Shown here piece after piece: positions 53,604 through 64,000 of a stretch of DNA of 64,000 nucleotides (position 1 is its first letter; every line of letters begins with the position of its first letter). Source of the stretch: Octopus sinensis (Eukaryota); contig NC_042998.1 in the NCBI RefSeq assembly GCF_006345805.1, positions 81,034,001 through 81,098,000 of the forward strand, given 5' to 3'. The position numbers and the translations under genes are program-made. The notes under the pieces are model-generated. The model was not told the DNA's origin. It worked only from the letters and a program-made list of their open reading frames with translations, and did not search any database.

Positions 53604-55878
53604 TTAGTATCCGTATTTATTGTTTTGAAAACTTTTTATTTTGGACAGGACTTATAGCAGAAAAGAAAAGAGCTTTTCTGAGGAACGATAAAGAATATTG
53701 TGTGAAACAGACCATGCTGTAAACTTTGGTGTACATCATCATCATCGGCTGATGAAATATATACCAAAGTTATGTTAAAACCTTTTAGTCGAGTATTCAG
53801 AATATCTTTTGTTATTGGAAAAAAATGCACGTGATAAAATGTTTGCATTTAGAAACCATTAAACATCAGAAGAAATATTGCTGGAGAGTGAACAGAAGGG
53901 GAAATAGAAAATGAGTGAGCAAAAATAACTAGGAAATGTCTAAAGAAATGTAAAAGAAGGAATGGACACAAAAGACATTTAAATAAATGGAAGAAAATAA
54001 ATGTAGAGGCATGGAATAAAAATATATGATGAAGAAGAAGGAAAAGAAAAAAGTGATAAGTTATGCAAATATCTTCAATGATCTGATTGCGACTCTGAGA
54101 AGAGATCAGTACACTATTTCGAGCTGCCAAGTTCCATGACGCTTTTAAATTTCAATGGTATTTGAAAAGTTGTTTAGTGTCTCATGGAAAGAAAGCACAG
54201 GTTCAGAAGATTCAGATATTAAATGAAACGAGGAATTTATTATGAATGTGTGTTAAAAAAACAGCATAAAATTAAAGTGAATGTCAGTGGGGATGAATTG
54301 AAGATAGATTTCCGAGTTATAGCTATTTTCTTTCAATTAATTTTACTTTACTTCAATTACGAAGTCAGTAGTGACAGAGAAAGAGCGCAGAATTTATACT
54401 GTAATCTTTTTTCTGTCATTCCAACTTTCAGAAAGAATTAATCTTGTTCTTTAGACTATTTTTGTATGGTAGTGATAAAAATTGGTTGGAAAATCAAAAG
54501 ACTTACCACTCGTGTTATAACCAAGTACGATGGGAATTCTGCTTTACAAGCTAACAAATCAAACATTCAAAGTTATAACCCGGCGATCGAAACTGGTTTT
54601 TGAATTCTTCTCAGGTAATCAGTTGAATTGTAGTGTTCACTCACCAAATAGCTGTGTGGCTAATAAAATATGCAATAAGATGGACTTTGCTTTTACGATA
54701 TTGGTATCTTTTTCTATTGGTTTGATACTGAGAATGGTTGCTCCCATGGGTTTCTCACGCCCTCTGTTAAACATCTTCACCTTGCCCAATGAATATTGTT
54801 GTAAGAATACAAGACATAGATAATTGTATTCAACGTATCAGGTAACATTGTATCCGCAAGGTTAGCTACTATGTTTTATACACCTTTGAAGCCTGAGATC
54901 AAATGGAAGACTAATGTGTCTGTATTAAAACAAAATGCTCACCAGTTCTTATTCTAAGCTCTGAATAACGTTTAGTCTGTTTACAATAGATCCTTTACCT
55001 TGAAAGTATGTATGAACTAGTTTCACTCTAGCTACGTCACCTCATCCAGGGGTCAAGTAGTATCAAAGTTGAACAGAAACTCGCAAACTCCTTCCTAACT
55101 TACATATTTATGATTTACATAAGACAAGACTGCGTGACGGAATGTGATTAGGTGACATCATGACATCATGATATGAGAGATCTACATCTATTGAATTTAT
55201 AACTGTTTCATGGAATCTAATTGTGAGGTTTTGTTTTGACTAAATGCTTTATATTTATCAGGGAAAGAAATAGGAAGTATCATGCTTATATATTTACAGG
55301 GGCTATATGTTCGTAGTGTTAGTTGTTAGGAATTAGAGATTAAAACTTTATTGAGGTCATAAATTGTCTTGGGTTTACATGTTGCTACATATTAGTGGGC
55401 AGCTTGGAATTTTAGACATAATTTTATGCTTATATTTATATCTAAACGCATTAAACGAGAAATTAAAATCTTCTTCCTCTTTCGTCTTATTCTCTATTAG
55501 CAACGGATAGCACCCTATTGATAACAAAATTGATATTCAAGCAATGGAAACTCAACGAGTTATTATTTAAATTGTTTCTCTGTACAAAGTATTTCACTGA
55601 TTATTGGTATAATAGCATTTCTGAATCAGTTGTCAAACCGATAGAATGATTGAACCATTTATCGCATGTAACTTCCAACATACATTCTTTGTTGACAATT
55701 AATATCTTCACTGCAGTAATGGATTCCTATTTGATGGCCATTACACAGTTAATTGATTTAATACATAAAATCCTTTGTATGAGTTATATAGTTTGTGATT
55801 ACTTCATTCTAGTCTGTATAGCTATAGGAATTCTTGTCTCTGTAGTTATATTTGCATGCAAGTATTTATGAAGATGGG

Positions 55879-55926
<48 letters not shown>

Positions 55927-55980
55927 AGATACAGACACAGACACACAGACAGACACAGACACAGACAGACAGACAGACAG

Positions 55981-56013
<33 letters not shown>

Positions 56014-56525
56014 CTCTCTCACACTCTCTCTTTCACACACACGTACTGGTATAGTACCGGTAAAAACTGACGGGCTTGTAATTAAATCTACAACGATTTG
56101 TCATGCAGGTATTGGACTTCAAAAAAAAAGGAGTAAAAACGCTGTGACTTAAAGATGAGGGATATGCAAAATGTCCCATCATGGATAATAAATAAGATGA
56201 TAGAGAAAAGTTTTAAGTTGGGACGCACAATATATTCGTTCTTCATACATTTATTACTGTTCTTATTTCAATTGATGTTCATTGTCCGGAAATATTTCTT
56301 CATACACCTGTAACCACTTCAGTTTAACTTTCTGTCCTCGTTTATGCTCCAGTTCCGCTTAGTCCATTTTGTTCTATCGCGGGTATTATTATATGCGCAT
56401 GCATTTGCGTCTGTATTTGTGTATGTGTATGTGTGTCTGTGCATGCGTGTGTGTATGTGTGTGTGTGCGTGTCTATATGTTTCGCGTGTGTCTATATGGG
56501 TTTGCGTCCTTTATATTATTTTAAA

Positions 56526-56921
56526 CTAGCGGTATCGCCCGGCGTTGCTCGGGTTTGTAAGGGAAATAACTATATAAGCATTTTTAGAGATGTAAAGTAT
56601 AATAGTCATCTCAATATGGCTAACCACAAAGGTGGGGGTGTTACTGTAGCTTTTTAAGTTCTGAGATTTAATAATAGATTTTTAGAGAGTTACTTCCCTT
56701 ATATATGCCAAAAATGCATTAAAAATGGGAAAAATTGATGGTAAATTTTTTTAAAATCGTAGACTCATCGTAGACGCGCGCTAATACCTAGAAGGGCTCG
56801 ATATGAATCACGACTATAAGATACCCGGTTTTGGTTAAACTGCACCGCAAAATGTGGGAGTAGTTAGGAATCTAAATCGTAGGAGACAGACAGCACACAA
56901 CCTCACTTTTATATATAAAGA
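56526..56921 (-). mobile_element. Complete non-autonomous Helitron (396 bp)
   Basis: Minus strand A|TCtttatatataaaa...cccgagcaacgccggg hairpin-cgataccgCTAG|T: 5' TC, 3' hairpin plus CTAG, inserted in an AT dinucleotide without TSD. Confidence 0.9.
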
Positions 56922-57074
56922 TGTTATCATCAATGTTCTGAGTGATGCTTTGATCCTCCTCTCACCTACGCTTTATCCTCTGCTGCTGCTGGTGTTCTTG
57001 ACCTTCTGATAATGTTCTTGTACCTTTCTCTGTTTGTGTGTTCGTTCATGTTGTTGTTGTTGCAGCACAAATTC

Positions 57075-57144
<70 letters not shown>

Positions 57145-57219
57145 TGCGAGTTAGTGTGTATACACACACGCACACATACATACATACATATACATATACA
57201 TATGTGTGTGTGTGTGTGA

Positions 57220-57541
57220 AAGCGCGACCCTTAGTGGTTGGGGCATTCGACTTACGATCGTAAGGTCGTGAGTTGAATTCCCGGCGACGCGTTGTCTCCT
57301 TGAGCAAGACACATTATTTTTCACGTTGCTCCAGGCCTCTCAGCTGGCAAAAATGAGTAGTACCTGTATTTCAAAGGGCCAGCCTTGTCACACTCTGTGT
57401 CACGCTAAATCTCCTTAAGCGCTACATTAAGGGTACACGTGTCTGTGGAGTGCACAGCCACTTGCACATTAATTTTACGAACAAGCTGTTCCATTGATCG
57501 TATCAGCTGGGACCCTCGTCGTCGTAACCGACGGAGTGCTC
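57220..57541 (+). mobile_element. tRNA-derived CORE-SINE (separate family)
   Basis: tRNA-like head (tagtggttgggg...gagttgaattccc) followed by ttgtctccttgagcaagacac CORE-like motif. Confidence 0.8.
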
Positions 57542-57957
57542 TTTTTAATGTATATGTACATGTATGTAAGACACATTAGATGCACAATATTCGGTAGCAT
57601 TTGTACCCTCCAAGCTGATTAGAAGTCACCTGATTACTTTTGCTAACTTAAATACACTTTACCATTTACTGGTTCTTCGAAATGGCTCCAAATGCAAGAT
57701 AAATGACAAAGAATCACAATAAAAAATTTCAAGCGGGGACGTATTATATACTGTATTAGAAACCGTCGAAATTGTGGGTTAATTTAAGTTTGTTAATTAA
57801 TTGGAGAAAATCATAAAAATCTCGTTGAATTATCAATGCAAAACAATTAGCGCTTTGGTTTTGTTTCTTTCAGCAACTCTGTGTGTGTGTTTGCGCGCGC
57901 GCGTGTGAGAGAGAGAGATAGAGAGAGAGAGTGTGTGTGTATGTGTGTGCGTGTGTG

Positions 57958-58008
<51 letters not shown>

Positions 58009-59612
58009 GTGTGAGTAAAGGTGAAAATTTCAATTTCTATTAAGTTCTATTTGCAGGAATGAGGTGACTCATCACTTTCATTTGAATTAATGCCATGCAA
58101 ATAATTGAGTCAGTTCCCGAAGCACATTTACATGATTTTAATCGAAAGTAGAGAGTTTGATAATAAAGAGTGATGAAGTTCGAAAAAGAGAAATCCTATT
58201 TCTCACTCGAAACCTCCGACCATTACTTGTCGCAGGTATTCAAATTGCATCGTCGTATACAGTTCTCAATTGCTGTTCTGCAGGGAATCCCTAATGTTGA
58301 TAAGAAACATTAAATGTCGACGCTAAATATTTTCCCTCGACTGTAAATTCGAAAGTCGGTATTTATTTATTGCATAGATATCAGGTTTCCTGTAGTGATT
58401 TTCTAAGTCGGATAGACGAGCATATTTGCGTCAATCTGTTAGATATTTAATGAGGGTGAATAATGAATTGCGCAATCGGATGTTCTTAGTTACGCTTTAG
58501 CAAGCTAGGCAGACAAACATATATGCACACCAATACGTACGTTAAAAAAAATGTCATCTACCTGTTTGTCCGTCCGTCCGCCCGCCCGCCCGCCCATCTG
58601 TCTGTCTGTTTGTACGTTCGTATCTACGTATGTATGTATGTATGTATGTATGTATGTATGTATGTATGTATGTATGTATGAACATACATATGGCTTCAAT
58701 ACCATCGCTTGATTGTTCATTTAAAAGTCTGCTTCGCATATGTGGTCGTTCATTCCTGTTGCAAAATCAGACTCTATTCCATGGATTGGAAATGATGGGG
58801 GCATAGGTGTTTAGAGAGTTTACTACCCACGCTGAAATATGCGTTTCTTCCAACATGGAATATTTCGTGATGGCATAATAGCGTTCTACCATCTAGTGCC
58901 CTAGTTCGCACCACCACATAATTGAAATAATAATAAAAATGTTAAAAATGAAGCCATGTTTGTGCTTCAAGTATTTTAAAGCAAGGAAATATCTTGTACA
59001 GGGTCAATATCATTTTCTTAACAATAAATTCATTTGCTCGAAACGAAGAACCAGTCTTTATCATTTCATACAAACAATATGTGGTACATCAGAGATTTCC
59101 TTTCACAGATGTCTAGACAAAAACCAAGGTTCTCTCACTGCCAGCTGTTGGATGGCCCTTGAATGCAGTGAGTTTGTCTGCCTCTTGAGAGGTTTTGCTT
59201 TTTCCGTCCCCCAGAGTATACATTGAAAACCTTCGATATAAAAAGGCTTGGTAGGGATGCCGGTGTGTAGTCGCTTACCGCAGGAAAATGCGACAGTTTG
59301 TACTGAGATGTTATCATTAGCACTGACTTATATACGCATTAATATTTTTGTATGTGTGTGTATAAGGTCTATTTATATACAAGCATACGTACATAGACCG
59401 GATTGACGGTAAAGTTTATATGCATTCACCACTTGTTACATATCCTTAACTTTTTGCACACACCATCTGCTAAGTTTACAACTATTACGTAATTTCAAGC
59501 TCCCAGAAGCAGGAGTCGGATCTGAAATACCATGCCCTCTCCTCTTACTTTTCTGTATCTATTGTACTCCATGTAAATCTGTTCTGTTAATGTATAAATA
59601 TCTATAATATAG

Positions 59613-60030
59613 GGCGGCGAGCTGACAGAATCGTTAGCACGCCGGGCGCAATGCTTAGCGGTATTTCGTCTGCCGCTACATTCTGAGTTCAAATTCCCCC
59701 GAGGTCGACTTTGCGTTTCATCCTTTCGGGGTCGATTAAATAAGTACCAGTTACGTACTAGGGTCGATATAATCGACTTAATCCGTTTGTCTGTCCTTGT
59801 TTGTCCTCTCTGTGTTTAACCCCTTGTGGGTAGTAAAGAAATAGGTATTTCGTCTGCCGTTACGTTCTGAGTTCAAATTCTGAGTTGAATGGCCGAGTTC
59901 AACTTTGTCATTCATCCTTTCGGGGTCGATTAAATAAGTACCAGTTACGCACTGGCGTCGATGTAATCTACTTAAAGCCTTTGTCTGTCCTTGTTTGTCC
60001 CCTCTATGTTTAGCCCCCTATGGGCAATAA
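59613..60030 (+). mobile_element. Dimeric Nin-like SINE variant (first-type tail repeated twice)
   Basis: Two Nin-like modules, each followed by tttgtctgtccttgtttgtcc. Confidence 0.85.
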
Positions 60031-60046
60031 ATAATGTATATGCATA

Positions 60047-60447
60047 GGCGCAGGAGTGGCTGTGTGGTAAGTAGCTTGCTAACCAACCACATGGTTCCGG
60101 GTTCAGTCCCACTGCGTGGCATCTTGGGCAAGTGTCTTCTGCTATAGCCCCGGGCAGACCAATGCCTTGTGAGTGGATTTGGTAGACGGAAACTAAAGAA
60201 GCCTGTCGTATATATGTATATATATATATGTGTGTATGTGTGTGTTTGTGTGTCTGTGTGTGTCCCCCTAGCATTGCTTGACAACTGATGCTGGTGTGTT
60301 TACGTCCCCGTCACTTAGCGGTTCGGCAAAAGAGAACGATAGCATAAGTACTGGGCTTACAAAGAGTAAGTCCCGGTGTCGATTTGCTAGACTAAAGGCG
60401 GTGCTCCAGCATGGCCGCAGTCAAAATGACTGAAACAAGTGAAAGAG
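60047..60447 (+). mobile_element. Full-length CORE-like SINE
   Basis: Highly similar to 49751-50225. Confidence 0.9.
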
Positions 60448-60544
60448 TATATAAAAGAATGTTCAGCGGAATGTTTTCAGCTTTTGTTTTGCTATGTTGT
60501 TATCCCCTCTATAAATTAACATGTATATATTTTATTATTCTGTT

Positions 60545-60736
60545 ATTTATTTCAGTCATTTGACTGCAACCATGCTGGAGCACCGCATTTAGTCGAACAA
60601 ATTGACCACATAACTTTTTCCTTTGTAAGCCTTGTATTTATCCTATCGATCTCTTTTGCCGGAGACGTAAATACACCAACATCGGTTGTCAAGCGATGGT
60701 GGGGGGACAAACACAGACACACAAACATATACATGG

Positions 60737-60817
<81 letters not shown>

Positions 60818-60980
60818 ACGACTTGCTTCTTTCAGGTTCCATCTACCAAATCCACTCACAAGCCTTTGGTCGGCCCGGGGATATAGTAAAAGACACTTGC
60901 TTTGGTGCCATGCAGTGGCACTAAACATGGGAGCATGTGTTTTGGAAGCAAGCTACTTACCACGCAGCCACTCCTGTGCC
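60545..60980 (-). mobile_element. CORE-like SINE, inverted relative to 60047
   Basis: Reverse-complement homology. Confidence 0.85.
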
Positions 60981-61162
60981 TGTGTATGTATATTTGTATA
61001 TTTTATATACAAGTGTAAGTTGAAATCATTTGAGCACTACTGCGCTACGACATGTTTTTGCTTGTTATATTGAGCATCTCTGGATTTCACCTCTTGCCTC
61101 TATACTATACTACCTATACTACATACATACATACACAAATATATATGGGCGTGTACGTGTGT

Positions 61163-61202
<40 letters not shown>

Positions 61203-61288
61203 AATCCAAACGGGAAACAAAAAAACAACAACAATGGAACAATTACAGTATTATTATTAATAGGCGCTCAGGAAAAAGAAGCAGGGAG

Positions 61289-61323
61289 GTATGACGTTTC
61301 GAGCGGAGCTCTTCGTCGGAAAC
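61289..61323 (-). ncRNA. Minimal hammerhead-like motif, U4C variant
   Basis: Minus strand gttt-CCGACGA-a-gagc tcc gctc-GAAA-cg-TC-atac. Confidence 0.5.
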
Positions 61324-61494
61324 ATAAAGAAGGAAGAGAGAGGAAAGAAAGATCCCAGAGCGGGCAACAGGGAAAGAGAAAAAAGACGACTGGTGTTTAC
61401 GAGTTGCACATGGTGAAAGGCGGATGTTTACGAAAACAGAGCAAAGTGGGTTTTTAAAGGCAAAAGAGTGGAGACAAGGTTGGTAACGCAACAG

Positions 61495-63075
61495 ATGTGT
61501 GTGTATGTGTGTGTGTGAGGCGAGATGAAAAAACAAAAAGATATATATGTGTGTGTTAGTGTGTGCGTCTGTGTGTAGGCGTGTGAGGTAGGGCGAGATA
61601 GTGGTCAGCTTAGCAGACAAAGGTCAGTAGTAAGAAAAAGAAGGAAGGAGGAAGGGAGGGAGGGGAAGGGGTGGGGGCGTATGTAGCGTGCCAGCGTTTG
61701 TTGAGTAGTAGTGTGTGTGTGTGTCCAGTGTCGTGGTGGTATAAATGGCGAGTAGATTGAATGTGTGTAAGAGTAATGTATATATTTAAGCAATGTGTGT
61801 ATATGTGTGCGCGTGTGTGTAACGAAAAAGGGGGGGGGTTAAGGAAAAAGGACTCCAGCTGAGGGGAAGATGGAAGAGTGGTCCCGCGGAGGCGGGCGTG
61901 GGAAAACCCAACGACACGCGACGGTCCCAGGAACGGGCGGGAGGTCTTGTCGGTTCCAAGAGCGAGGTGCCTGCGGAGCGTATGCGTACGCGAACCGGCG
62001 CAAGCGCGTGCGTGCGCGAGCCTGCGAGTATGTGCGTAAGTATGTATGTGTGTGGATGTGTGAGTGTGTCTGTGTGTATGTCCGGGTGGCAGTGTGTCCG
62101 ATGAATGTATGTGAGTATGTGTGTATGTATGTGTGTGCATAGATGTATGTCCGTGTGTGTGTATGTGTGTGAGTGTGTATGTATGTACGTGTGGGTGTGG
62201 GGAAGTGTGTGTATGTGCATGTGTGTGCGCGTACATACAGGTGTGTGAGTGAGTGTGTGTGTGTGTATGTATGTGTGAGTGTGTATGTATGTGTGTGTAG
62301 GATGCATGTATGTGTATGGGTGTATGTATGCGTGTGTGTATGTATGTATGTGTACGTGCGTGTGTGTGTGTGTATGCGCGTAGGTGTGCGCGTGTGCATG
62401 CATGCATGCATGCATGTGCGTATGTGTGTGTGTGTGTGCATGTGTGTGGGTATATATGTATGTGCGTATATGTGTGTGTGTGTGCGTACATGTGTGTGTG
62501 TGTATGCATGTGTGTGTATGTAGGTGTGTGGGCGTGTGTGTATAGGTGTATGTATGTAAGTATGTATGGGTGTGTCCGTGTATGTGTGTGTATGTATGTG
62601 TGTGTATGTAGGTGTGTGGGCGTGTGTATATGTGTGTGTATGTAGGTGTGTGGGCGTGTGTATATAGGTGTATGTGTGTATGTCTGGGTGTGTCCGTGCA
62701 TGTTTGTGTGTGTGTGTGTATGCATGTGTATGTAGGTGTGTGTGTACGTGTGTAATGTATGTGTGTATGCGTGCGTGTGTGTATGTAGGTGCGTGTGTAT
62801 GTGTGTGGGAGTGTAGGTGTGTGTGTGCGTGTGCGTGTTTATCTTGGTGTGTGCGTATGTGAGTGTGAGTGTATGGGTGTTTGTCATGCATGTGTGTGCG
62901 CGTGCAGGTGAGTGTGTGTGTAAGTATGTGTGTGTGTATGTTTGTGTGAGTGTGTATGTGTGTATGTCTGTGTGTATGTATGTGCGTATAGGAGTATGTG
63001 GGTATGTGTGTGTGTATGTATATGGGTGTATGTATGTATGTGTGTGTGTGTGCATGTGTATAAGTATATATATAT
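61495..63075. repeat. Long degenerate (TG/TA/CG)n low-complexity tract with embedded GC-rich island
   Basis: Direct reading; explains the 509-aa and 437-aa His/Thr/Tyr ORFs. Confidence 0.9.
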
Positions 63076-63332
63076 ATAGGGAAGAAGAAGATTTGAAAAT
63101 GCAGAGGACTTTTAACTTGACTGGTGTCATTTTCTTCAAAAAATATTTTCAAAAGTTAAATGTAAGACTTTGTGTAGCCTTTGAGGTGTTAAAATGGTTA
63201 ACATAGATGTTAACATAGCCTTAAAAAAAGTGAAACTGGTCAAGTCAGTAAACATCTTTAAATTACCTCTACATTTTCAAATGCTCTTCCCTATGTAGTT
63301 TCACTCGTGTGGAACCTTCCAATTATACTTTG

Positions 63333-63366
<34 letters not shown>

Positions 63367-63479
63367 TCAGATGAACATGGTACTTAAGTTGAGGCATCAG
63401 AATTTAGTACGATATTATCCATACAATTTCAAAATAAGCTTATTAAAATCAAAATAAGCAACAAGGGTATCCAGAGATA

Positions 63480-63568
63480 ATGCAGTACGATCGTTTCATG
63501 CAACTCCATTTAATTGAACAATGAAATCATTACATCAATTTAAAATGCAGAGCAATCTTCAGTTGCAT
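63480..63568 (-). ncRNA. Type I hammerhead motif with long stem II, homolog of 11861
   Basis: Minus strand atgcaa-CTGAAGA-ttgc...gcat-GAAA-cgatcg-TA-ctgcat; the upstream flank (aattatactaatgtgtcc) also aligns with ~11815-11832. Confidence 0.7.
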
Positions 63569-64000
63569 AAAGACATAGAATCTAATTAAATTAGAACAGA
63601 TGGACACATTAGTATAATTATATCTAAAATCTCCAAGAAGTTAAGGAGATAGACAAAGAACATGCTGCTTCACTTCAGTTTAGAAGTTACTGAATTTTCA
63701 AGATATACATTGTTACAGACTCTGCCTGTCACTGATTTTTTGGCTTTTATGGGGTCAGTTTTAATTTATAGACTAGTTTATCAAATCCCTTGTATATCTA
63801 AGTCTGAGAGAACAGAAGGCAGTATCTGTTAGGGGTAGGGCTGAATGAGCAGACAGATATCATATTTGGTATAGTCATAAAAATAAAGATTTATTAGAAG
63901 CAATATCATGAATTTTGGTAAAGAAAAACTTAAAACAAGATGTTAGCTGATAATTAATGGGGTCGCCCACTAGCAGACCATTGATAATGAAACAGGGAAA

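Noticed and set aside
59050-59330. Possible piggyBac C-terminal Cys-rich remnant on the minus strand
   Set aside because: Only a vague Cys/His pattern; no TIR or catalytic motif found.
61610-63152. 509-aa and 437-aa His/Thr/Tyr-rich ORFs
   Set aside because: Products of degenerate (CA)n, open in several frames on both strands, with no domain signal.

Overview
AT-rich, microsatellite- and transposon-dense eukaryotic DNA; the SINE repertoire points to a coleoid cephalopod, probably Octopus (inference from recalled repeat families, not a database result). I reconstruct four phase-compatible minus-strand exons of a Kelch-repeat protein gene: 43282-43099, 32884-32769, 20348-20169 and 8147-8031, with 10-12 kb introns. 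Two of these exons are missed by the ORF track, and the flanking exons are unresolved. The rest is intronic or intergenic: several tRNA-derived SINE families, mariner, Chapaev, Helitron and piggyBac-type remnants, and LINE remnants (Tx1/L1, Dong/R4, RTE, CR1-like, CRE, Penelope). Main points of interest: eight hammerhead-ribozyme motifs at seven loci, mostly docked onto (TA)n tracts, one of them ~180 nt upstream of a Kelch splice acceptor; a Tx1-like LINE inside a (TATC)n tract; a 78-bp near-perfect palindrome; and a fold-back built from two mariner right ends. No intact transposon ORF, tRNA gene, rRNA gene or CRISPR array is supported. Boundaries of degraded repeats are approximate.
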